From: Myxococcales bacterium
GTDB taxonomy: Bacteria > Myxococcota_A > Polyangia > Polyangiales > DASUME01
Assembly: GCA_047601445.1 (NCBI GenBank)
Contig: JASGJH010000001.1
Coordinates: 1,088,001 to 1,152,000 of the forward strand
Length of the DNA stretch: 64,000 nucleotides
Direction of reading: 5' to 3'
A model generated the notes under the pieces. The model was not told the origin of the DNA and made no database searches. It saw nothing but the letters and a program-made list of their open reading frames with translations. A program made the translations under genes and the position numbers. Of the stretch, positions 48,265 through 56,704 are shown in pieces; position 1 is the stretch's first letter, and each line of letters starts with the position of its first letter.

Positions 48265-48864
48265 ATGCTGAAGTACGCGCTCCTCGGTTTCCTGCTGAAG
48301 CAGCCCATGACGGGCTATGACCTCGAGCGCTGGATCCGTTCTTCGCTGAGCTACTTTTGGCCTGCGCAGCTCAGTCAGGTCTACCGCACCCTGAAGCAGC
48401 TCGAGGACGAGGGGCTGGTGGCCTCCGAGATCGCGCCCCAGGAGAGCCGACCCGATCGTCGCGTGTACTCGGCGACGCCGAGCGGGCTCACGGATTTCGC
48501 CAAGTGGATCACGCCGTTCGTCACCGAGATCGACGCCATTCGCGTTCCGTTCTTGGTGCGCTTCTTCATGTCTGGCATCCGCTCGCCCGACGATATCATC
48601 ACGCAGTTGCGCATTCTGCGCGGCCTCTACGTGAAGCACGAAGAGGAGCTGGCCCAGGATGTGTCCGCCGGCATCGAGCAGGCCAAATCGACCTTTCCCC
48701 ACACCGATCTCGAGCCGCTGCTGTGGGACGCCACGCGCCGTGCTGGTGAGCTGATGACGCAGGCCTGGATCGTGTGGATCGACGAGACGATCGCGCGCCT
48801 CCAGGACTACCAGAAGCAACGCCAGACCAAGGCTGACAAGCCCCCGAGTCCCAGGCGCAAGTAG
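48265..48864 (+). CDS. PadR family regulator
   Basis: LKYALLGFL...PMTGYDL...FWPAQLSQVYRTLKQLE...RPDRRVYSAT. Confidence 0.93.
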   Translation: MLKYALLGFLLKQPMTGYDLERWIRSSLSYFWPAQLSQVYRTLKQLEDEGLVASEIAPQESRPDRRVYSATPSGLTDFAKWITPFVTEIDAIRVPFLVRFFMSGIRSPDDIITQLRILRGLYVKHEEELAQDVSAGIEQAKSTFPHTDLEPLLWDATRRAGELMTQAWIVWIDETIARLQDYQKQRQTKADKPPSPRRK

Positions 48865-48881
48865 CGCGCTCCCGTGGGCCG

Positions 48882-49799
48882 TCACGGCGCACCGAGAAGC
48901 AGGGAAGGGGGCAACTGCGGGCCCTCGAGCGCGGGCTCGGCGTGTTCCGCGAACCATGTCAGCAAGCTCTGCGAGAACTCCCGTGGCTGTTCGCGAAAGG
49001 GCCAGTGTCCCGCGGCGAAGTTCTGGACGCGCGCGCGGCGGAAGTAGCGCGCGCTGTGTTCGGCGGTGCCTGTCGCGAACGCGCCGTCTCGCGTGCCCCA
49101 CAGAATGAGCGCCGGCACCTCGATGGTGCGCCGCAGCAAACCCACGTCCGCGGCTAGCATGTTGCGAAAGAGCGCCCGATACCAGTACAGCGGCATGCGT
49201 GCCGAGCCCGGATTTCGCCTCCAGTGCTCCCGATAGCGCGCCAGCAAGCTCGGATCGTCGATGTGGGCTCCGTAACGGAGCATGAACGCCAGCAGCGCCG
49301 AATCACCCAGTTCGAACAGGCGATCGGCGAGCCATGGGATCTGGAAGAAGAACATGTACCAGCTGCGCAGGATCTGAGAGGGACGCAGCAGCAGTGCTTT
49401 GGCGAAGACGAGCGGGTGGGGCGCATTCACGAGGGTCAACGAACGCACTAGGTCCGGTCGGCGGATTGTGAGCCAAGCAGACACGGCTCCTCCCCAATCG
49501 TGGCCCACCAGGTGCACGGGCCCGAGCTCGAGATGTTCGATCAAGAGCGCGATGTCCTCGCTGAGCGTCTCCACGCGATAGTCGCGCACTCGTGGAGGCT
49601 TGCTCGACGCCCCGTAGCCGCGCTGATCGGGCGCGACCACACGAAAGCCGCGCTGGGCGAGCGTCGCCATCTGCGCTTCCCATGTGAACCACAGGTCCGG
49701 CCAACCGTGCAGGAGCAGCACCGGGGTGCCTTGCTCGGGACCCGCGGAGGCGTAGTGAAGGGTCACTCCCCTGAGGTCGGCATGCGACGTGCTGAACAT
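48882..49799 (-). CDS. epoxide-hydrolase-like alpha/beta hydrolase
   Basis: LHGWP, APDQRGYGAS, Asp nucleophile GHDWGG, SWYMFFFQ, AGHW. Confidence 0.92.
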   Translation of the reverse strand: MFSTSHADLRGVTLHYASAGPEQGTPVLLLHGWPDLWFTWEAQMATLAQRGFRVVAPDQRGYGASSKPPRVRDYRVETLSEDIALLIEHLELGPVHLVGHDWGGAVSAWLTIRRPDLVRSLTLVNAPHPLVFAKALLLRPSQILRSWYMFFFQIPWLADRLFELGDSALLAFMLRYGAHIDDPSLLARYREHWRRNPGSARMPLYWYRALFRNMLAADVGLLRRTIEVPALILWGTRDGAFATGTAEHSARYFRRARVQNFAAGHWPFREQPREFSQSLLTWFAEHAEPALEGPQLPPSLLLGAP

Positions 49800-49860
49800 G
49801 GTCCATCCCTCTTGCCTGAGCGCGCGACGGTGGCTGCAAACTGCACCGATACCGCACCAG

Positions 49861-49884
49861 GCATACAGAACATGTTCTATATGC
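49861..49884. promoter_or_regulatory. 24-bp near-perfect palindrome, probable operator
   Basis: GCATACAGAACATGTTCTATATGC (one mismatched pair; core AGAACATGTTCT), 62 bp upstream of the hydrolase start. Confidence 0.7.
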
Positions 49885-49945
49885 TGTGGTCAATATGAAA
49901 CGCGCTGGGGGCACCCGCGAGGAGTTGGCTCCTCGGTGCGCCCAG

Positions 49946-51547
49946 TCAGATGGGCCCTACCGCGATCGCGATGCCGGACGGCCCGTCGTTCACGCCCGGT
50001 GCACCGCCTCCGCCAGCGGCGCCCGCTGCCCCGACCTTGACGTTGTCGCGCGTGAAGCCGTCGAGCTCCGGAGCGCTGCCTCGAAACGCGATACCGATGG
50101 AGATGCCACCCGCTCCCCCTCCGCCCGCACCGCTGGCACCGCCCTGGCCACCGCTGCCACCTGTGCAGCCGCCGCCAAAACCGGTCCCACCCTGACCTCC
50201 GGCGCCGCCGCTTGCGCTGCGCCCCCCTTGACCGCCATCGCCTGCCTTCGCTGTCGTGACGAAGGAGTTCTCGAGTCGGATGCTCGCCTCGATCATCAGC
50301 AATCCGATACTCGCGCCACCGCCCTGGCCCCCGAACGATCCCGAAGCTCCGCAGCCGCCGCAGCCGCCGCTGCCACCACCGCCGGGGTCGTTCGGTGCGC
50401 TTGCACCACCGCCCCCACCGCCCTGACCCACCGATCCCGGTCCACCTGCCGTCCCGTCCGCAGGCACGAAGCCATGCTCGGCGTCGACGTAGCCGATGAC
50501 TGGCAGTGGAGGGGCATGGTTACCGGTCGCCCCTTGGGAGCCGGCCATCTGATGCGAGTCGCCTTTCGCGCATTGCTCGGCGGTCTGGCCTCCGCCCACC
50601 GCGTTAGGCGGAACTGCGACGCCCCCGACGGGGCCACCATTCCCACCGGTGGTGGTCCCCGCGGTAGCATCTCCTCCGGCGCCTCCGATGGTGATGTCGC
50701 CGCTGCTGCAGGTGCAAATCCTCGTGTCTCCTCCGTGCTCGTTGGAGTTGGAGCCGTTGCCACCGGGGTAAATGTCGTGCGTCCCTGGGAATCCCCCGCT
50801 TCCTGGGGTCCCGCTCGCTGCGGTCTGCGCTTGCAGCAGCACGCGTCGAAACACCACCTCGGACGAGCGAGAGACGAAGGCCGCCACACTCGAGCGCGCC
50901 TGGGACGTCCCAGCGGCAGCGACGAAGGCCAGGTCGCTGAGCGCTACGCCCTGAACTCCGTCGACGTGGATCGCGTAGGCGCCCGGCGGCGGCAGCAGGT
51001 AGACCAACTTCCCGATGTGGCTCCACGACCCGCACGCGAAGCCCCCGTGCAGGCTCACCGCGCTCGTGAGCTCCACGCTCTCTGCGTAGATGCCCTGGCA
51101 GAGATAGATTCGGGACCGCCCGTTCCTCTTCGCGAGGGCCGCGCCGATGGTCTTCAGCGGGGCGTCTCTGGTGCCTGGGTTCGCGTCATTTCCCGTACTG
51201 TCGACGAAGACACCAGCTTGTTCGGTCACGCAGCTCGGCGTGTCGCGCGGGTCCGCAGCGGTGTCGCAACCCGGAGTCGGTAGCACGATGGATCCGCCGT
51301 CTGTTGGAACGCACCCACTGCCGGAGTCACAGCTCGGCGGCGGCAGCTGAAGCCCGCCGTCGAGAGGAAAGCAAGCATCGCCGGCATCGCAGGGGGACGG
51401 CGCGGGCGCTTGGACACCGGCCTCGCTCGGCGAGCAACTCGCGCACTCCTGGGACGGTTGCGGATCGACCGCGTTGTCCCCGCAGGCCATCAGGCCCAGC
51501 AGGAACAACCGCGAAAGCCTCGGAAATCGCTGTGGGTGGTTCCTCAT
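49946..51547 (-). CDS. Gly-rich (PGRS-like) surface lipoprotein with DUF1565/beta-helix start motif
   Basis: Lipobox GLMAC, VFVDSTGNDANPGTRDAPLKTIGAAL, IYLCQGIYAE, LHGGF, long GGxGG tracts. Confidence 0.85.
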   Translation of the reverse strand: MRNHPQRFPRLSRLFLLGLMACGDNAVDPQPSQECASCSPSEAGVQAPAPSPCDAGDACFPLDGGLQLPPPSCDSGSGCVPTDGGSIVLPTPGCDTAADPRDTPSCVTEQAGVFVDSTGNDANPGTRDAPLKTIGAALAKRNGRSRIYLCQGIYAESVELTSAVSLHGGFACGSWSHIGKLVYLLPPPGAYAIHVDGVQGVALSDLAFVAAAGTSQARSSVAAFVSRSSEVVFRRVLLQAQTAASGTPGSGGFPGTHDIYPGGNGSNSNEHGGDTRICTCSSGDITIGGAGGDATAGTTTGGNGGPVGGVAVPPNAVGGGQTAEQCAKGDSHQMAGSQGATGNHAPPLPVIGYVDAEHGFVPADGTAGGPGSVGQGGGGGGASAPNDPGGGGSGGCGGCGASGSFGGQGGGASIGLLMIEASIRLENSFVTTAKAGDGGQGGRSASGGAGGQGGTGFGGGCTGGSGGQGGASGAGGGGAGGISIGIAFRGSAPELDGFTRDNVKVGAAGAAGGGGAPGVNDGPSGIAIAVGPI

Positions 51548-51586
51548 TGCGCATCCTTGATACGCCCCGGCCAGCGCGCGCGGCAC

Positions 51587-51621
51587 CCGCAAGATTGCGG
51601 TGCCCCTCCGCAAAAATGCAT
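51587..51621. promoter_or_regulatory. paired LysR-type boxes
   Basis: CCGCAAGATTGCGG (51587-51600) and CCGCAAAAATGCAT (51608-51621), 21 bp apart in the divergent gap; same GCA-N4-TGC core as the site at 43170. Confidence 0.65.
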
Positions 51622-51632
51622 AACATCGGCCC

Positions 51633-52523
51633 ATGTTCGAGTGGAGTGACCTCAAGTACTTCCTCGCGGTGGCGCGCGAGGGCAGCACGCTCGCGGCCGC
51701 CAAGTTGCTCGGCGTGAACCAATCGACCGTGCAGCGCCGCCTCGGGGCTTTGGAGGCTGCGCTCGGCAAGCCGCTCGCCGTTCGTCATCCCACGGGCTAC
51801 CGGTTGACGGAATTCGGCGCACGCTTCTTGCCCTATGCGGTGTCGGTCGAAGACGCCGTCCTCGCAGCGCACATCGCAGCGCGAGCGTTCGACGCGCGTC
51901 CCTCGGGCATCATTCGCTTCACCTGCCCTGAGCCGGTGCTCGGGCGACTCGCCGCCACGGGGGTATTCGAGCGCTTCCGCGCGTTGCACCCGGGATTGAC
52001 GCTCGACCTGCAGACGGCCGACCGCTACCTCGATCTATGGCGCGGCGAGGCCGACGTGGCGCTGCGCTCGGGGGATCCGGGAGACGCGAGACTCGTCGGC
52101 CGCAGGGTGGCGGACTCCTACTGGGCCGTCTACGCGAGCCGCAGTTACCTCGAGCAACACGCTCGGCCCGTTGGGCTTGCTGACCTCGCGCAACACGCCT
52201 GGGTCGCCTTCGAGGGGCCCATGGAGAACCATCGCGCCAACGTCTGGCTCAAGGACGTCTTGCCACAAGCGCGCATCGTCGCGCGCAATGCCAGCGTGCT
52301 CGGCGTGCTCGCCACGGTGAAGGCGGGTGTCGGCGTCGGCGCGTTGCCGGTCGGCATCGCGAGCGCCGAGGAGTCCCTCGCTGAAATCCTCCCCGTGGTA
52401 CCCGAACTCACGCGCGGTTGGTATTTGCTCACGCGGCCCGACCTGCGGATCGAGCCTCACGTCAACGCCTTCTTCGCGTTCGTGATCGCGGAGGCGCTCG
52501 CGGTGCGCGAGGCCGTCGGATGA
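51633..52523 (+). CDS. LysR family regulator
   Basis: FEWSDLKYFLAVAREGSTLAAAKLLGVNQSTVQRRL, DLWRGEADVALR. Confidence 0.95.
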   Translation: MFEWSDLKYFLAVAREGSTLAAAKLLGVNQSTVQRRLGALEAALGKPLAVRHPTGYRLTEFGARFLPYAVSVEDAVLAAHIAARAFDARPSGIIRFTCPEPVLGRLAATGVFERFRALHPGLTLDLQTADRYLDLWRGEADVALRSGDPGDARLVGRRVADSYWAVYASRSYLEQHARPVGLADLAQHAWVAFEGPMENHRANVWLKDVLPQARIVARNASVLGVLATVKAGVGVGALPVGIASAEESLAEILPVVPELTRGWYLLTRPDLRIEPHVNAFFAFVIAEALAVREAVG

Positions 52524-52579
52524 CCTGCTAGCGGCGTGCGCTCACGTGATGCACGCGATGAAACGGCTGCTGCGCGAAC

Positions 52580-54430
52580 CTAGGGCGCGCAGGTCTCGTT
52601 CTGCACCTGGAGCTGGGCCTGAAAGTCCGCTCCATACGAGGCCATCAAGGTCGCCGTGGTGCTCTGGCCGCAGGCCAGGCCGTTGTAGTTGGTGAGGACC
52701 TGGAACGTGCCTGACGTCTGTCCCTGCTTGATCGTCATCGTCGGAAGGACGGTGGCGTTCGGGCTGTTCGACTGGAGCTTGACTGTGATGTCCGCCCGGG
52801 CAGGACTCTGCAGGACCACGGTACCCGTCAGCGACGTTGGCTGGTTTGGCGGAGTGACATCCGGAAGGAAAGACATCCCAGTGATCGGGATCGGCAACAC
52901 CGCACCGACGTCGAGCGCATAGTCGAAGGTGTGGTTATAGGCTTGCGCAAAGGCATGTGGATGAATGCATGTGTAGAGGCCGCTGAGCTCGTCTTCGGGA
53001 CAGTACAGCTGCAGCATCTCGTGCGAGAGTGCTCCCGTCACATGCACGACGTCGTCGACGATGGCCTGGTTGCTCCAGACCACACTCGTGTGCTGCTGCA
53101 TGGTGTCCAGCGAGAGGTCATTCGGCAGCATGCCTGGGAAGCAACCGTACCCGTAGAAGTTCGACTGCTCCTCGCAATAGTAGTCCTGGGCGTCGGCGTC
53201 GAGGGGGGAGGCCGTCCGGAAGTGCCAGTTGCTCTGGTTGCCCGCGACGTCGTTCGTCTCCTTCCAGTCTTGAATATGGTTGGTCGTCGAACTGCTGTAA
53301 CCAAACTGCGCGTTCGGTCCCTCTTCGGGACTAAAGCTAATCGAGTAGTTCACGCCGGACGTAACGTCGGTGCTGCCGTTGACCGTGGCGGGCGAGGCCG
53401 CCTGCAGTGCGAAGCCAGCGGGCCCTGCGAGGGAGGTCGTGAACTTGGTCTGGAACCAGCTCAACTCGGTCCACTCACCTTCCCGCGTGTAGCCGTCGAA
53501 TCGGTACGCGGTGAAGTTGGCGTGGTCGGGGTCGACGACGTAGTTGAGCTCGGAGATGATGACCTGGAAGGGCGGCGTGTCGGCATTGGCGTAGAACACG
53601 CGCATCATGCCGCGCACCTGGATGCTCGGATATTGGTAGACCTCATAGGGAGGTTGCAGGCTGCCGTCGCTCTGCACATACCGGATGTTGGGTCCCGTCT
53701 GCTCGGGATAGGTGCGTTCGACCTGGAACTCTGCGTGCAGGAGGTCGGGCGGGATGTTCTGGTCGTCGGGGCCCGGCGCCGCGGTCCCGCCGACGTGCTC
53801 GACCATGCGCGTGACCCAGTCTCGACCGGCCTTGAGCTTGGGATTGGGCTTGCCCGTGTTCCACCACTCCGTTTGCTGCTCGTGGCACGGACCTTCCGAC
53901 TCCGTCCCCGGTAGCACGGTGCGGGTCTTCAGGCCGATCATGTGCACCCGTGGGCGACCTTTGGCGTTGAGCCCGATATGGGCAAGGAAAGCTTGGTCAT
54001 CGTCATGGGAAGAGCCCAAGAGGTACTGACCCAAACCAACCCGCTTGTGCTCGGCGGTCACGTCCAGGGCGAGCACCCACTTGCCCGCGCGCAACGCCGC
54101 GCCCGCGATGGGGTCGCGCTGTAACTGTTGCGGCGTGAAGTGATCGCCATCGACGATCACCAGGTCGACGTCTCGCAGCTGCTGCTCGAGTCCGGCACCG
54201 TGACGCTTGTAGTGCCGCACTCTCATCTGCTGGTGAATGGGGTCCAGCAGCTCGTTCTCCACGGAACCGTAGAGGAGCGCCGTGGGAAGTGAGGCCTTTC
54301 CTTTCGCCGATGCCGGGTCGGCCAGGCTGAGCGGACACGCCATGGCGACCCCGGTGGCGACCGCGCTGCTGAGGACAAACTTCGACACTCGCGGCAGCGC
54401 TCGGCGCCCCACGCTCACGGCAGGCTTCAT
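52580..54430 (-). CDS. secreted protein; candidate leukocidin/Vibrio-cytolysin-like beta-pore-forming domain plus C-terminal Ig-like domain
   Basis: Signal peptide ending PASA; Ser/Thr-rich segment SPATVNGSTDVTSGVNYSISFSPEEGPNAQFGYSSSTTNHIQDWK; C-terminal LTGTVVLQSPA...TIKQGQTSGTFQV. The CDS is well supported; the family call is tentative. Confidence 0.6.
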   Translation of the reverse strand: MKPAVSVGRRALPRVSKFVLSSAVATGVAMACPLSLADPASAKGKASLPTALLYGSVENELLDPIHQQMRVRHYKRHGAGLEQQLRDVDLVIVDGDHFTPQQLQRDPIAGAALRAGKWVLALDVTAEHKRVGLGQYLLGSSHDDDQAFLAHIGLNAKGRPRVHMIGLKTRTVLPGTESEGPCHEQQTEWWNTGKPNPKLKAGRDWVTRMVEHVGGTAAPGPDDQNIPPDLLHAEFQVERTYPEQTGPNIRYVQSDGSLQPPYEVYQYPSIQVRGMMRVFYANADTPPFQVIISELNYVVDPDHANFTAYRFDGYTREGEWTELSWFQTKFTTSLAGPAGFALQAASPATVNGSTDVTSGVNYSISFSPEEGPNAQFGYSSSTTNHIQDWKETNDVAGNQSNWHFRTASPLDADAQDYYCEEQSNFYGYGCFPGMLPNDLSLDTMQQHTSVVWSNQAIVDDVVHVTGALSHEMLQLYCPEDELSGLYTCIHPHAFAQAYNHTFDYALDVGAVLPIPITGMSFLPDVTPPNQPTSLTGTVVLQSPARADITVKLQSNSPNATVLPTMTIKQGQTSGTFQVLTNYNGLACGQSTTATLMASYGADFQAQLQVQNETCAP

Positions 54431-54629
54431 CACTCGTTCTCTTTCTGTTTCGTCTAGCGGGCTTGTCGCGCTTCGACTGCTCGCGGCCCGCTCACTGGCG
54501 ACGACGACAGAATACAAGCTAGCAGCGCTTGTCGTGCTTTGTCAGGACGATTCTACGGAACCGCGAAACGCGTCCGCATGGAAGCTTGCAGGCGCTGCCG
54601 CGTTCCCAGGCCGCGCCGGCATCTCGCCG

Positions 54630-55910
54630 TTAGCGTGGTCGGCCGCCGCGCGAGAAGTACGCCAGCGATCCCAGGCTCAGCACGCCCGCTCCAGCGAACA
54701 GCGACTGCGGGGGCAAGGCCAAAGCGAGCAACGCGCAGCCGAGCAGGCCGAGCGCGGCCAACGCCCTGGGCCAGCGCCGTTGCTCCGCTGGAAGCGTCCA
54801 GGCAGCCGCGTTCGTGACGCCGTAGTAGGTGAGCACTGCGAAGGAGCTGAATCCGATCGCCGAGCGAATGTCTGCGCTCGCGGCGACGATGGCAACGACG
54901 CCTCCGACCACCAGCTCCGCTCGATGCGGCACGTGAAAGCGAGGATGGACGGCTGCGAGCACGTGCGGGAGGTCATGGTTCGAAGCCATCGCAAAGAGGG
55001 TCCGACTGACCCCAGCGATGAGGGACAAGAGGACCCCGAGGGACGCGACCGCAGCCCCCACGCGCACGACCGGAGAGAGCTTTGCGAGCGAGCCTGCTTC
55101 GACAGCCGCCACCAGCGGCGCCGAGGTCGAGGCAAGGGTAGGGGCTTCCGCGCCGGCGAGTACGCTTACCGCCACCACAGTGTAAACGGCGAGCGCAATG
55201 CCGAGCGCCAACGGAATCGCACGGGGGATGGTCCGCGAAGGTTCGATGACCTCCTCGCCCAAAGTCGCGAGCCGCGCGTAGCCCGCGAACGCGAAGAAGA
55301 GAAAGGCAGCCGACTGAAAGATGCTCCAGGGAGTGACCTGCGAGAGCGGCCACAAGCGGCTCGGGTCCGTCGCGCCACCAGCCCAAATCCCTCCGACCAC
55401 GACCGCCAGGCAGGTGAGCACGGTGGCGACGATGATTCGCGTGACGATGGCGGTCTTGTGTATCCCACGGTAGTTCACCGCAGTGAGACCGACCACGGCG
55501 GCAGAGGCGAGCGGGCGAGCCCAGCCTGGCGCGGCGTAGCTCGCGAACGTCATCGCCATGGCCGCACAGCTGGCGAGCTTCCCGATGACAAAGCCCCAAC
55601 CCGCCAAGAACCCCCAGAATGGCCCGAGCTGCCGGCGCCCGTAGATGTATGTGCCGCCCGACTCGGGATAGACCACCGCGAGCTGCGCGGAGGACGTAGC
55701 GTTGCAATAGGCGACGAACGCCGCAACCGCGAGCCCGAGCAGGAGCCCGTTACCTGCCGCGCGCGCGGCCGGGGCGAAGGCTGCGAACACGCCGGCGCCG
55801 ATCATGGAACCCAGTCCGAGCACGACCGCGTCGAACGCCCCTAGCCGACGCGCCAACCGCGTGGGTGCGCCGGGCGCGGGCGTCGTGGTTCGATCTGGCG
55901 CGTGTGCCAT
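54630..55910 (-). CDS. APC family amino acid permease
   Basis: LGSMIGAGVF, YPESGGTYIY, FFAFAGYARLATLGEE, about 12 TM. Confidence 0.93.
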   Translation of the reverse strand: MAHAPDRTTTPAPGAPTRLARRLGAFDAVVLGLGSMIGAGVFAAFAPAARAAGNGLLLGLAVAAFVAYCNATSSAQLAVVYPESGGTYIYGRRQLGPFWGFLAGWGFVIGKLASCAAMAMTFASYAAPGWARPLASAAVVGLTAVNYRGIHKTAIVTRIIVATVLTCLAVVVGGIWAGGATDPSRLWPLSQVTPWSIFQSAAFLFFAFAGYARLATLGEEVIEPSRTIPRAIPLALGIALAVYTVVAVSVLAGAEAPTLASTSAPLVAAVEAGSLAKLSPVVRVGAAVASLGVLLSLIAGVSRTLFAMASNHDLPHVLAAVHPRFHVPHRAELVVGGVVAIVAASADIRSAIGFSSFAVLTYYGVTNAAAWTLPAEQRRWPRALAALGLLGCALLALALPPQSLFAGAGVLSLGSLAYFSRGGRPR

Positions 55911-55940
55911 GGGCGCAAGGATAGCGGCCCCTGAGGGCGG

Positions 55941-56654
55941 TCACGGCGTGAATCTCGCGAGATCATGGATGCCCAGGGCGGACTCCAGCGTCGCGATCTC
56001 GCCCAGCGTCTGCTCGAAACCGTCCTCGCCGAAGAGCGCGTGCTCCTTGTCTTCGAACTGTTCACCGAGTTCGTGGTACTCGGCGCGACCCAGGAGGTCC
56101 CGGAACGCCCTGAAAGCGACCGTGTCCTCGCGCGCCATGTGAGGTCGGTACATGCGAGCGAACGCGCGGAGCACTGGAGCCAGCTCGGGCGTCACCGACG
56201 AAGGAGCCCGTCGCAGGATCTCGTCCGTGACTTCTCGGCCGCGGCGATGTTGCTGAAGAAGGATCGCCACCAGGTCCGTCTCCCGCTGGGCTTTCTGGAG
56301 CCGTGGAAACACGAACTGCTCCTCGAGCTTCTCATGGTAGTCCTCGACGAAGCGCCGGACGATGCCCGCGGTGCTCACGAGCACGGCCGGATCCAGGGGT
56401 TCGCCCTGCTCGAGGCGGCGTGCCGATTCGTCGTAGATCAAGAGCACGCGCTCGAGAACACCGTGCTCCTGCATGAGGTCCTCTGCTGGAGTGACCTCTG
56501 CCTCATCGCCGTCGTCGTGGCCCGTGGGAGCGCTCGCCGCGTGGCTCGTCCCTTTAGGGGCGCAACCGGCTAGCACCAAGCCCGCCGAGGCCGCGGCGCC
56601 TTGCAAGAGCTCTCTGCGGCGAGTGAGCGTCGCTTGGTTTGCATCGGTGCCCAT
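55941..56654 (-). CDS. hemerythrin-like (HHE) domain protein with Tat/lipoprotein signal
   Basis: TRRRELLQ...LVLAGC; EH, YHEKLEE, QH, HMAREDT. Confidence 0.88.
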   Translation of the reverse strand: MGTDANQATLTRRRELLQGAAASAGLVLAGCAPKGTSHAASAPTGHDDGDEAEVTPAEDLMQEHGVLERVLLIYDESARRLEQGEPLDPAVLVSTAGIVRRFVEDYHEKLEEQFVFPRLQKAQRETDLVAILLQQHRRGREVTDEILRRAPSSVTPELAPVLRAFARMYRPHMAREDTVAFRAFRDLLGRAEYHELGEQFEDKEHALFGEDGFEQTLGEIATLESALGIHDLARFTP

Positions 56655-56704
56655 GGTGGCATTCAGGTACGCACCGACGGCACCCGAGCGCATCACCCTG
56701 AAAT

